IMG/VR virus record: IMGVR_UViG_3300020042_010851
Coordinates: 1 to 48,547 of that record
From: a virus
Taxonomy: Duplodnaviria > Caudoviricetes
Strand: one strand, 5' to 3'
DNA: 48,547 nt
A program made the translations under genes and the position numbers. Of the stretch, positions 1 through 11,500 are shown one piece after another; positions within the stretch are counted from its first letter, which is position 1, and every line of letters starts with the position of its first letter. Below the pieces are notes generated by a model. The model worked only from the letters and a program-made list of their open reading frames with translations. It was not told the DNA's origin and did no database searches.

Positions 1-2997
1 TGTACCAGTTCCGATAAGTACGTTCCTTGAATAAGGAATACGCATGGCCTCAGTTCCATCTACAAGTATACTTAAGTCATAAACGCCATATGACATCTGA
101 ACTAGCCCACTACTATCGTTAGATAATAATTGAAAAGATTTTCCTAGCTGAAGTCTTACTGGTCCTTGATCTGAAGAAACTCTTCTGAAATGAAGAATTC
201 CATCTATGTTTGATGTACTTACGGCTGATAAAAGGTGTCCATTTTCTTGACTATATAAATTAAACCCACTATAACTTCTGAGACCCAACTTCGTCACCCC
301 CGTAAACGCACCATTGGTAAAGGTAGGATTAATGTCTAGTCCTACTAATACGTCATTGTTTGCTGCTGCTACTAAAGTGTTGTTGAAGTATACTCCTTGT
401 GCAAGTAGTGAGGCCGCAGTGATACTCCCACTAACTGCCAATACATTATTTGGAGCAGATGGGACACCTACAGCATTTGTTAAATTTAATTTTTGAGCTT
501 TGGTATAAGAGTTTGATGTGTAAAAACCTATAGCACTACTAGAAATTGTATAGAAAGCATCACTTGTAGGAGATGCTAATTGAGCAACAACAGCACCTTG
601 CACCCTCGCTGTCCCATTAACATCTAACTTATATCCTGCATCGGTAGTAGTGCCTATCATGACATTACCAGTATTACTTCTTCCGTAGATAGTATTGGCA
701 ATGTTTATTTGAAAGTTAGTAGCAGCTAGTGGAGTAGCACTGTGACCAATAATAACTGAGTCAGTCATAGCCAATGTAGAACTGCCTATGTAGCCACCTA
801 TAAGAATGTTCCTATCGCCCGTTGTTGAGTTACCTGTGTAATAACCTAATGCAATTGAAAATGAGTTGTTTCTGTTACTGGTAAACGGACCAATCCCTAT
901 ATTATAACTTCCAGTAGTAACTTGATGAAGTGCATATTCACCTACAGCAACATTTTGAAATCCTCCTGTAACAGTACCTCCAGCATTTGCTCCAAATAAA
1001 GTGTTTCCTCCACCATAAGTTATATTTTGTCCTGCATTTACTCCAAATAAAGTTACCATAGGTGCCACCGTAATATTTTGTCCTGCGTTAACGCCAAACG
1101 TAGTCAAAGATGGGTCTAGAATCATTGACCTTGTTCCAGAAACAGTTATATATCTAGCAGTAGTGTTTGCTTTTGAATAGATTGGTCTTGTTAAAATAGA
1201 ACCAGAAAAAATTGGATCTGTATCTGGAGTAGAGTCTGTATAAGTTGTAGTTGTATTATTTGCTAAAGTCGCTATAACTACTCCATAGGAAGAACCATCT
1301 GTTACTTTGTTTCTATAAATTTTTCTACCTATTACACTAGCGTCTGTAGAGATAGGAATATTATTTAATTGAACTATTCTGTTTCCAGCGGTAGTAATTA
1401 CTGGAATTTCAGCAGAAGCGTTTGTTTCTCCTATAGCATTGTAATAAGTTACTCTGTAGTAATAAGTTCCTATTTCTAAAGCTGTACCTGCTTGTAAAGC
1501 ATAAGTAACTCCTGTAATAACTGGTGCTACTACGGGTTGAATATTATATCCTACATTAGAACTAACTCCTCCACTTGTTCCTGTTCCAAAAATCTCTAAT
1601 TTGTTTGTAGGGTTCAGTACTCCAGCACCTACGTTACCCCCATTGAATATTACATTACCTGCTGTTGTTTCTATGGCCCTAAAGTCAGCAGCGGCAGTAA
1701 TAGTTGGGTTTACATATAAACCCCTTGTGATTCCATTTGCTCCTCCTGTTTGGTTAATTGTAAAAGCAAGATTTAATGCGTTAAATACAGCAGTTCCACT
1801 TGTAGGAGTAAATGTTGGCGGTCCTGTTAAAGATATAACTCCTTGAGTTCCACTTGTTGCATTATAATTTCCACTATAAAAGTTATGTCCGTATAAATTA
1901 ATTGCATTATTTATGTTTGCAGTAGCATATAACAATGCGAGACCATTATTTACAAATGATGCCCCAGTGCTCGTGCTTCCTATACCTACGTTTGCATTTG
2001 TTCCAAATTGAACATAATTACCCGTTGCTGCCAAAATTCCTTGCACTCTCGCAGTCCCATTAACATCTAACTTATATCCTGCATCGGTAGTAGTATTAAT
2101 TAAAACATTGCCTGTAGATCCTTTAATGCGCATTCTTTCTGCCAAAAGACTATCGTTTGAACTTTTAAACAAAATATCATGTTCTCTATTAACTGCTGTT
2201 TTAATAAAATGAATAGCTGCGGATAGGTTAGCATAATTACCTTGAGAAACAGTTATTCCAACAATACTATCAACACTGTTTAAATTATTTATTAATATAG
2301 TGCCCTCACCTAAATTTCCAGTAGATGCTGTACTAGGAGTTAGTGTAACCAAAGAAGACATACCATAACCAGGTGTATCACTTCCTAACTGAATACCATT
2401 TCCAAATAATCCCGAAGTATAACTACCTGCATATACTGTACCCTGAACTTTTTTAACAAATATACCTATTGAGCTCGTTCCTATATTTTTAGACCAAATG
2501 CCTTTTTGTTCTATTAAAATACCACATCTAAGGCCTCCTCCTGTAGAACTCATCAAGGTGTTTTGTTCTATGTGTAAACCGTAATTATTTTGATAGCTAG
2601 ACGTTGTTTCACCAGTATTATCGTAAACATATAGAGACTTGTAGTCTTGAGTTCCTGGTACTCCACTTTTTGAAATAATTATACTTTTATCGGTACTGTT
2701 CCCTGCTGTGGTTACTTGTGCTAGGGTAGGAGTTGTTCCAGCAGTAGGGTTTTGGTTTACCCATTGACCTGTGGATGAGTTGTAGGTTAGTACTTGTGCG
2801 TTGGCAGGAGCACTGATTGTTACATCAGTTAAATCATTTAAATCTGAGGCCCCAAGCGTAAGAGTATCTAACTCAACTACAATACGCCTTAAGCGTAGTT
2901 CTTGGTCTTTGTATTTTTTATCACGAGTTTGATCGTAGAGTTTTTTAAACTCTATCGCCTGTTTTAATATCTCTTGCCTCGTAATTTCAAAAGCCAT
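1..2997 (-). CDS. Tail fibre / receptor-binding protein (partial, runs off window start)
   Basis: ATG at 2997 overlaps the upstream TAA (TAATG). Reads MAFEITRQEILKQ...LNDLTDVTISAPANAQVLTYNSSTGQWVN...; Gly/Thr/Asn-rich, repeated TTTDAGYKLDVNGTARVQG. Frame spot-checked open at 1-120, 601-660 and 2041-2100. Absent from the ORF track because there is no stop in the window. Confidence 0.85.
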   Translation of the reverse strand, partial: MAFEITRQEILKQAIEFKKLYDQTRDKKYKDQELRLRRIVVELDTLTLGASDLNDLTDVTISAPANAQVLTYNSSTGQWVNQNPTAGTTPTLAQVTTAGNSTDKSIIISKSGVPGTQDYKSLYVYDNTGETTSSYQNNYGLHIEQNTLMSSTGGGLRCGILIEQKGIWSKNIGTSSIGIFVKKVQGTVYAGSYTSGLFGNGIQLGSDTPGYGMSSLVTLTPSTASTGNLGEGTILINNLNSVDSIVGITVSQGNYANLSAAIHFIKTAVNREHDILFKSSNDSLLAERMRIKGSTGNVLINTTTDAGYKLDVNGTARVQGILAATGNYVQFGTNANVGIGSTSTGASFVNNGLALLYATANINNAINLYGHNFYSGNYNATSGTQGVISLTGPPTFTPTSGTAVFNALNLAFTINQTGGANGITRGLYVNPTITAAADFRAIETTAGNVIFNGGNVGAGVLNPTNKLEIFGTGTSGGVSSNVGYNIQPVVAPVITGVTYALQAGTALEIGTYYYRVTYYNAIGETNASAEIPVITTAGNRIVQLNNIPISTDASVIGRKIYRNKVTDGSSYGVVIATLANNTTTTYTDSTPDTDPIFSGSILTRPIYSKANTTARYITVSGTRSMILDPSLTTFGVNAGQNITVAPMVTLFGVNAGQNITYGGGNTLFGANAGGTVTGGFQNVAVGEYALHQVTTGSYNIGIGPFTSNRNNSFSIALGYYTGNSTTGDRNILIGGYIGSSTLAMTDSVIIGHSATPLAATNFQINIANTIYGRSNTGNVMIGTTTDAGYKLDVNGTARVQGAVVAQLASPTSDAFYTISSSAIGFYTSNSYTKAQKLNLTNAVGVPSAPNNVLAVSGSITAASLLAQGVYFNNTLVAAANNDVLVGLDINPTFTNGAFTGVTKLGLRSYSGFNLYSQENGHLLSAVSTSNIDGILHFRRVSSDQGPVRLQLGKSFQLLSNDSSGLVQMSYGVYDLSILVDGTEAMRIPYSRNVLIGTGT
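596..651. repeat. 56-bp direct repeat, copy 1 (tail fibre module junction)
   Basis: 54/56 identical to 2039-2094. Confidence 0.95.
2039..2094. repeat. 56-bp direct repeat, copy 2
   Basis: 54/56 identical to 596-651, same reading frame. Confidence 0.95.
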
Positions 2998-3584
2998 TAA
3001 TTAATGTCTTTACTTTCGATAACGGTATAGGTAAATGAATTGCCTTGCAACTTGGCGGCCTTCTTACAATGCTGCATAAACACATCAAAGTCTTTTACTC
3101 GCTTGAATACGGTACAACCGTGACTCCAATGATCTACCCAAGTTGAATCTTGTCCTGCCTTATGAATGTTAATTCCGTAAACACCCTCGGTGATTTTACT
3201 CTCATCGTAATTCATATCCTTATTGGCATCACGATAAACTTTCACATTGGCTTTTTGCTTTAATGCTTCGTACTTACCTTGGTGTAATCCAACATGGTGA
3301 GACCCAGGGTATTGGCCAGGAACGATGCGAGCAGTACCCGTACCATTGTTTCCCTCGGCCATTGGTGCTTTTCCAGGATCGGTTGTAGCAGCCCAAATAA
3401 AGAATTGCCATACACCATTCACTTTAAAGGAGATTGACAACCAATCGTCAAACACATTGGTAACTTTCTTACCAGGGGCACTATTACGAATACCGATTAC
3501 GTTCATATTGTAATCACCATTTTCAAAGTACTTGTACCCTTTGGCCTTCACAGCCGCTTCAATTTGTTCTCTTGTAAAACTCAT
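2997..3584 (-). CDS. Putative cell-wall enzyme/lysin, L,D-transpeptidase (YkuD)-like
   Basis: GINIHKAG...WSHGC resembles the H-x(14-17)-SHGC catalytic motif. Confidence 0.6.
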   Translation of the reverse strand: MSFTREQIEAAVKAKGYKYFENGDYNMNVIGIRNSAPGKKVTNVFDDWLSISFKVNGVWQFFIWAATTDPGKAPMAEGNNGTGTARIVPGQYPGSHHVGLHQGKYEALKQKANVKVYRDANKDMNYDESKITEGVYGINIHKAGQDSTWVDHWSHGCTVFKRVKDFDVFMQHCKKAAKLQGNSFTYTVIESKDIN

Positions 3585-3594
3585 ATCTTAATTA

Positions 3595-4578
3595 TTATAA
3601 ACCTACAGCGTCTAGGAAAAATACATTTGATGCAACACAGGTAATTTTGAATACCCTACCTCTTTGTGCACTAGGTGTCAAAACACCACTCGGAGCAATT
3701 GTCTGAGCCAAACCAGCAGCATTTACATAGTAAACTGTTACTGAAGAATCGGCAGCAATAGCCACACTCTGAGCAGTATTACAGAAAACAGTTGTTGTAA
3801 AACCAGCAGCAAAGGCAGGGTTATTAGGACAAGTAATAGTCACAAGACCAGATGCGTGAGTAACCAATAAGAAAGCATCAGCATCAGCACTTGTCAAAGG
3901 ACGTAAACCAGCAGTTCCAATAGCAAACTGAGTCTTTGATTTCAATTCAACACTAGAGGACAAACGAGCATCGGGAATAGTGCCTGAGCCCAAATTACTT
4001 GCATTCAAAGCAGTTAAGTTAATACCACTTACAGCAGGCAACTGAGTAGTTCCGTTCATTTGAACTAGTTGGTTAGCACCATTGAAAGTATTTCCTTGAA
4101 CAGTAACTTGAGAACTCAAACGAGCATCTGCCAAAGTTCCACTTGCAATGTTTGAGGCATTCAAAGCAGTCAAGTTAATACCACTTACAGCAGGCAATTG
4201 CGTGCTCGCATTCATCTGAACTAACTGAGAAGCACCGTTAAAAGTATTACCTTGAACTGTAACCTGACTACTCAAACGAGCATCGGCTAGAGTTCCTGAT
4301 GCAATGTTAGATGCGTTTAAAGTGGTCAACAAAGCACCGCTAATTGCAGGCAATTGTGTACTAGCGTTCAATTGAACCAATTGAGAAGCACCATTAAAGG
4401 TATTGCCTTGAGTTGTAATATTACCAGCCACAATAACGGCAGCCGCCAAATTTGTAACACTAGCCTGCTTGGTTACACCAGCAGCAGTATCTGAAATGTC
4501 TACGATCGGAACTAAGTCACCTGAGGCAACTGAAGTAAGCGAATCGAGTTCTGAAATTCTTTTAGGTGAAAATGCCAT
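3595..4578 (-). CDS. Tail fibre/spike-like virion protein with three 52-aa tandem repeats
   Basis: ATG at 4578 (TAATG overlap); MAFSPKRISEL N-terminus; repeat unit TVQGNTFNGASQLVQ..LNASNIASGTLADARLSSQ. Confidence 0.75.
   Translation of the reverse strand: MAFSPKRISELDSLTSVASGDLVPIVDISDTAAGVTKQASVTNLAAAVIVAGNITTQGNTFNGASQLVQLNASTQLPAISGALLTTLNASNIASGTLADARLSSQVTVQGNTFNGASQLVQMNASTQLPAVSGINLTALNASNIASGTLADARLSSQVTVQGNTFNGANQLVQMNGTTQLPAVSGINLTALNASNLGSGTIPDARLSSSVELKSKTQFAIGTAGLRPLTSADADAFLLVTHASGLVTITCPNNPAFAAGFTTTVFCNTAQSVAIAADSSVTVYYVNAAGLAQTIAPSGVLTPSAQRGRVFKITCVASNVFFLDAVGL
3950..4417. repeat. 3 x 156-bp imperfect coding tandem repeat
   Basis: ccttga anchors at 4094, 4250 and 4406 (156-bp period). 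Confidence 0.9.
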
Positions 4579-4964
4579 TATTGTATTATTTGAAATCCGT
4601 TTTGTTGTAAAAGCCAAACTCCATTTTGTGTATAAATGTAGCCGCTCAAGTTTGAAATATAAATCAGTTCTTCTCCCTTTTCTGTGTTGAGAAAATTATC
4701 AATTTCGGTTTGACTTACAGAGCAATCTCCGCAGTTTTTAGCCCATCGATTCGCCACAGAAATAAATTTATCTGTATCGTCAGCGTAGCAATTGATGTTC
4801 TCCAAACACCACAGAATAAACAAACCTTTCTTTTGATTTTTCTCTTTTTCGCAGCAAGGTTTGTCGTACTTTTTTGAGTTATTTATGACATTCTCATTAG
4901 CAACAATAGCTTTTCTCACCGCAAGGTAAGTTCCAATGTAACTATATAGAGTTGTAAAAGTCAT
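4578..4964 (-). CDS. Hypothetical Cys-rich virion/tail protein
   Basis: ATG at 4964 coupled to the upstream TAA (MTFTTLYSY...). Confidence 0.7.
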   Translation of the reverse strand: MTFTTLYSYIGTYLAVRKAIVANENVINNSKKYDKPCCEKEKNQKKGLFILWCLENINCYADDTDKFISVANRWAKNCGDCSVSQTEIDNFLNTEKGEELIYISNLSGYIYTQNGVWLLQQNGFQIIQ

Positions 4965-5530
4965 TAGCAACCACAAGAATTAATTGAATATGGAGAACAA
5001 TCAGTAAAGAAATAATTTATCTCTTCGTATAACTCTTGAGCCAAGGTATAGTCTTCACATTCAAATGCTTGAACCATTTTATCGTACAAAAGTTTTGCCT
5101 CTTCGAAATTATTCATATCCATATTTCCAAGGGCCAATTTGCCAATTGAACAACGAATAACATTTGTACGAAGTGCATACTTTGTAATCACAACGGGTGC
5201 TCCGCTAATGGTGTACGTAACGACAAACTTCCAAACCCCATCCTGCAATGCAAATGTGGGAACCACAGCAGATGGATCAGTAAAGAGATTGTAAGCCCTA
5301 TCGGTCGTAGTAAAAAAGGTTGTGCCCAAAAGAGCAGAAGAACCAATAGTCGTAATTGTACCCGGTAAATATATATCTACCGCAATTGCTGTAACAGGAG
5401 GATTAGTATAAGCAGAATTAGGTGCTCCCCAACCACCAAGATTACTTATTGCATTGTAGTTACCAGTATCCTCACTAATGATGATATTGTCATCATTATT
5501 AATAATACCTATTTTGAGTTCGAGTGGCAT
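4964..5530 (-). CDS. Putative tail hub/structural protein
   Basis: 188-aa ORF with NxGGWGAPN motif and CxC-type C-terminus; located in the structural operon. Confidence 0.6.
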   Translation of the reverse strand: MPLELKIGIINNDDNIIISEDTGNYNAISNLGGWGAPNSAYTNPPVTAIAVDIYLPGTITTIGSSALLGTTFFTTTDRAYNLFTDPSAVVPTFALQDGVWKFVVTYTISGAPVVITKYALRTNVIRCSIGKLALGNMDMNNFEEAKLLYDKMVQAFECEDYTLAQELYEEINYFFTDCSPYSINSCGC

Positions 5531-5534
5531 ATAT

Positions 5535-5542
5535 CAAAGTTA
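5535..5542 (-). promoter_or_regulatory. Bacteroidota sigma-A -7 box TAACTTTG
   Basis: Matches TAnnTTTG, 4 nt before ATG 5530. Confidence 0.65.
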
Positions 5543-5552
5543 CGAAATTTTT

Positions 5553-8500
5553 TTATGGAATCAAACCCTCTTCATTCATGAAGCCATTCTTCTTCATTAT
5601 CTCTTTTTCTTTCTCAGTAAACAACTTTCTATTGTTCATAGTGCTAAGATATTGCTTCTCTCTATTGGTCTGGTAGTTTAACAGATAATCTTTTTGTGCT
5701 TCGGCCAAAGTGCTCTGATACTCTTCGAACACATCCGTAATCAATCTTTTGGCTCTTTCCAAATCATCGTCTTCTACAGCAGTTTTTACCTGAGCCGTAG
5801 TTGTTTCAAACTTACCAATATATTTTCTCATCGCTTTGCGGAACTCTTCACCTCGTAACTTCAACTCTTGGCGATACAAATCATTAGGCAAATTATAGTC
5901 AAATAACTTGTAAGTATTTTCCTCATCCAAACCACCAACATTCTTTGCAGAATTTGAGTATGAGAATTGGTTTTTCATAGGGTTAGTAATAATACCAAAG
6001 AAACTTGAAGTTTTACCATCTGGCTTCCATTCGAAGTCACGACCTGTCATGTGTTGGAAAATCAAAGCCAAGTTTGTCATGCCACCAAAAAGTTGAGCAG
6101 ATTCTCTATAGGCTTGGATTTCCTTTTGATTTTCTTTCGCAGGCGCAGAGAACATTCTTATCGCAAAAGGATCAAGAAATGCTTGTATATAAGCTGCTGC
6201 TGTGCCAGGTTCTGCAACAGTCACTTTATACGACAAATCCTCTCCAAATGGTCCAATCTGTGCTTTGTAGTACTCATTTCTTGTGGCTTCATTAAATGAA
6301 ATATTACGATTCAATTTTTGAACGACACGAACTGCCACATCACCATATACAGAAGGCCAATTAGGGTTTTCAGCACGCTTGTTTATTTCACTAGCGCTCT
6401 GTACCATTTCAGCGTTACCCTTGGACATAAGCGAGAAGAACGATGGGAAGAAAACTGCTGTAGAAGTACTTAATGTACCAGAGGCAAAATTATTCCAAGC
6501 ATTTTTACTTGACTCTGGCGTTTTCAAATCATTTAACAACTCACCAATACGGGCCAAACCTTGGAACATCGGCAAGTTTTCAATACCACTACTAACAGCA
6601 GTAGTAGCAAGCATAGTAAGAGCAGATTTTTGTGTATCAAAAAGACTCATCACATTATCTGCCTCTTGCTTACGTTCTCCGTCATATACACTAGCATACA
6701 AGCCCATTGCATAACCTAAGAAACCAGCGTTGTTTGTGTTAAGCATCACATCTCCTTCTTTTGCAAAACCCTTTCTGCGAGCTAGGAAGTTAGATGGCAT
6801 ACCTGATGTAAGATACTCCCAATGTAATGTTGCGTTATATAAACCTCCTCTGAGACCAAATGTCTTCAAAGCCTTTTCTTTTTCTGGATCGCCACCTCCA
6901 TCGGTTAGGATTGCACCTGCCTTTACAGCAGACATCGCAATACCATAAATTGCCAAACTAGTTACGAACTGAGCGGAATCATAGGTTGCCTGTCTCTTGG
7001 CGGCAAACAAATCAATTTTTGCCTTTTCGTAATCTCTTTTTTGCTTGTCGGTAGTTAAGGGTGGAATACCAGGATATTTTTTGTTGAACTCATTATACTT
7101 AAATTGATACAATCCTTCTGCAAAGATGTATTTAGGACCAGCAAGAAAAGGTACTGTCTTTGCAATCGCAGATCCCAAAAAGTTCACAGGAACTTTTGTA
7201 AAGGGCATCAAAGTAAACAACCCGACATCAACTACCTGCAAAGTATTTTTTATCAAACCTCTACCTGTAAGCACTTCTCTTCTAAGTTCTTCAGCGATGG
7301 TCGATCCACCAACTACTTTTCTGTTTTCGGTGTAGAGTGTACGGATTTTTTTACGAAGTTTTCCTCTTAGCAAGGAGATACCTCCAGAGATGATATTATC
7401 ACCAAGTAAAGTACGCTTTAGACCTTCTTTTTCAAAGCGAGAATACAACTCAGCATCTGCACGCAAAATTTCGCTTAAAGCACGAATTGTCTTTTCATCC
7501 ATTTTGCCATCAGCCTCGTTCAACATGGAGTCAAAAATACCATTCTGAAAACGAGTCCCTTGAACATTCTGGAAGTAGTCAATCATCGCACGTTGAGCAG
7601 CCATATAACCAAAAGCAATATCACCTCCATAAGACATGATACGACCTGTGGCCTCTGCGAACAAAGGACCGCCTGTATTCAATAACAATGAAGCATTGCC
7701 TCGTGAAGCGGCCAATATTGGCCCTGTGCCCAAACTCCAAGCCAAACTACGAGCAAAGGTGTATGTTTTACCATCACGCAATTCAACATCACCACTTTTC
7801 AATTTCACCAAGGTCAAATCGTATGCATCGGCTTGCTCTTCAGGAGTCATGGATTCAAAGTCTCTATTCAAAACTTTCTTAACCATAGCCTTCATGAAAT
7901 TGTAATTCCACTTGACATCCCGGAAGAAGTTAACCTGTGCCAAGTTGTCGTAGTATCTGTTAATACCCTGAGTCGTATCCATTACACCAAACTTCGCATT
8001 GTTGTTCATATCGAACCACATACGCTTGCTAGTAAGTTTACGAGCCATTTTCCAATTGGAAAAACTAAGAGTATTGCCTTTGATACCGCTACCCAAAGCA
8101 TCTCTAAACTTTTGAATGGTCCGAGCCGCCCAGTTTGTGCTCCAAATGTTGTTTTCTACGTTGGCAACAAAACTCAATACCGTTGTTCCAACATTCAACA
8201 AAGCCCTCGCTGCACCAGATGTCAATCTTTCATTCCAGAAGATAGGTTTACGGGCCTCCAAGAACTGAGCAACACGAATGGTAGCCATACCAACTGCTTT
8301 CTCACTTTCGTTGAATGCTTCCCAAGCCTGATCACTCCAATCTTCTTCAAGTGCTTTCAGTTTTGCTTTGTTGTCATCCTGTGCCGCTTTGTAGTCGTTA
8401 ACCAAAGCCTCTAGTGTTTGCTTCTGCATTTGTGTTAAAACAACACCACTAGCACTCAATTGTCTTTCAATCATCGCCAATTGGTTTGTCTCATTGAAAT

Positions 8501-11500
8501 AACGAGCCAATTGAAGTATACGACCTGCTTGGCTAAACAATTCAGAAGAAACACTAAATGCGTAGTTTATTGCCTCAGGGCTGTACAATTTATCACCCAA
8601 AGTACCACTAGTAACAGCATCTGCCCAATCAGCAGTTTTTTCTAAAATACCTCTGTCTTTTGCAAATTGTTTTACTCCTTCAGTTAAGGCGATTGCAATC
8701 TGATCGAAACCATTCGTTTTCAAATATTCCAAAAGCGCATCAATAGCAACAGCACTATCCACAAGACCAAGACCAGTCTCACGAACGACATCAGCAACGT
8801 CTGCGGCCCTCTGGGAAACTTTTAATGTTCTTGCATCATCTTCTAACTCATCCAAGAAATCTGTAGGGTATGGAGTACTTGCATTGATTGCTTTCTTTAC
8901 TGTTTGTCTGTATTCAGCACCAAAAATATCTACCAAATCTTGGGGAGACAAGAAGTCCAAATCTCTAGCGGCAGTAAAGATTTCAAGATTGCTGTAACCT
9001 TGATCAATCAAATCTCCATAAATTGACTCCATATCGCCAATGTTTTGATTAATCATATCTTTGATTTCATCTTGGCGATCGTTGTATGTCTGTGCAACAG
9101 CATTTATGGCATTGACAGCAATTTCTGATTGTGCCTGCTTAAATGCACTCTCATCAAAATCATACAAACCAATTGCTTCCTTGATACGTTTTGGCGTATA
9201 ACCCTTTTCGACCAAAGCCTTGTAAGCAGCTTTCTTTGTTCCGAACTGCTGATTCATTACAGCATCGTACTCAGGTCTGATTTGAGTAAAGTCTAATTGA
9301 GATTTGCTTGCAAAACCCCCTAGGCTTTGATTGCCCAAAAGAACAATTTCTCCAGTTCCCCCATCTGCGTATTTTGTTACAATAGAATCATATCCTTGCT
9401 TTACTATTTCTTTTGAAAGCCCATCACCTTTTTTATTACCAAATCTTTTAGATAATTCCCTTTTGTATGAAATTTGAGTTTCTGGTGTTACATTTATGAC
9501 CAAAGGATTATTTAAAGTAACTGCACCAGATTGCCATCCTTGGGGAGTAAAGCCTTCATTTTGAGTTATATAATTACCCGTTGGTTCAATATCTTGTCCA
9601 AAGGTTTTACCCATTGAGGGAGCCTTTTCTGGGTTTTTATTATAATTAATTGTTACAGGAACTCCCGTTTGAATATTAGTTTTTTGAGATTTGCTCTTTA
9701 ATGGTCCGGTTGCTTTTTCCTTTTTGGTTATTACTACCTTAGGTGCGTTTGCATTACTCTTCCAGAATGGTTCTCTTGAGATTTGTACATCGTACTGAGA
9801 CCCAAGCACATCCTGTACATAGGCTTGCAATTCCACCTCAGAAAATCCTTTCTGATAATCTCCCTGTGTTCCAGGAACATAGTACTCACTATCTGACAGG
9901 AATACGTTCTTACTTTTACCGCCTTTTGCAGCCGCAAGTGATTCCATCAAAGCACTTTCTTTGATACCACGAACAGAAACATATGCCTGCCCTCCTGGCT
10001 TCAATACACGACCAATATTTTCTACAATCGATTGACGAATGTCAGCAGGAACCACGTTCAATACCGCATTGTTTACAAGGATATCTTGTGAGTTGTTTTC
10101 AATCGCAGCAAAGTCAGTAAAGTTAGGTTGTTGCGTACCGCTAAATTTCTCCCACTTACCATCGCTAATTGATGGGAATGGTTCGAATGTCTTGTATGAA
10201 TTAGCAATACCTGCTTGAGTTGCGGCTTTAGCACCAATACCCAAACCTGCACCAGCATCCAAAATGTTTTTGTTTGCCAAGTTTTCTTTTCCATACTTTG
10301 AAATGATTCCATTTACAAAAGAAGAATAGGTGCTGATATTATTTCGCTGAGTCTCGTTACCTTTTTGAGTTTCTTGAAGCAAGCGATCGTTTTCTGTTTT
10401 TGTTCTAACACCTGTCTCAGCCAATTTAGCATCTACCTGTGCTTGAGTCAATGAAGAAGACCATTTGTCACTTGATGGTGCAGTTAATTGTGACTTACTT
10501 CCAAATCCTTTTTGACGCTCTTTTACCTTTGTAGCGTCAATTTTTGCTGCTGGTTGTGCACCCATAATTGCCCTTGCCGCAGCATCTTTAGGTCTGAGAC
10601 CGAAAGGAGTCTGATTTGCTTCTTTAGAAGCAGGAACATTCTCATAAAATAAAGCACGCCCATCAAGAAACTGATTAAGATACTTGAAGCGAACACTTTC
10701 TGCTGTAATTACCCATTCGTAAGAAGGATTATAGAAATCAGAAGACTGATCTACCTTTTCTAACTGTAATGTGCTTGGATCAAACTCAACAAAACCAACG
10801 AAGTCACCATAACCAGCCTCATTAAACATGGTATCGTTACCATACTCCAAGACAGTTTTTTCATAACTATATCCTTTTCCTGGTACGATTGATGGCAAAC
10901 CAAAGTTCTTGTGACTATCGATATTAAACATCTTAACAAAAAGACTAGCTCTAAGATCATACGGCACTATTCTTCGGTCTTTCTTTGTATTTTTAGATTC
11001 AAGTAAAGTTACTTTTTTGTCTCCTTTTTGTACGATATTATTAGAGTTTGGATATTTTGCAACGAACTGATCACTTGTAAAATAAGGATCTAAATAGTCT
11101 ACAAATTCTTCGATAGAAGAAAAAGATTCAACTCCACCCAAACCCTCAGAAAAAGTAGATGTTACACCTGTTTTCTTATCTTTTTTAAATTGGGTTTTTA
11201 TTTTTTCGTTGATGAAATCGACAATTGTTTCTTCTGAATTTATTTTTTCGCTAGCTGTTTTTAACTCCTCACCAAAATACTTCAACATCAACCTATTACC
11301 CAATATTCCACTATTTTGTTGAGTGCCTATCAGAGCACCTTCAGCCTCTTTGAAACGATTTAACAATTTTCCTGTGCTATCTTCAAATGTAGAAGCCCAA
11401 ACAGCTGCTCTTCCTACAAAATAACCCTCAGCATCTTTTTTAAGATTTCTATTAGCATAGGCAGGATAATTTGGTCCTCCGAAACCACTAAATGTAAGAC

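Noticed and set aside
596-2094. Diversity-generating retroelement TR/VR pair
   Set aside because: Only two synonymous mismatches, both copies are coding and mid-gene, and there is no reverse transcriptase in the window.
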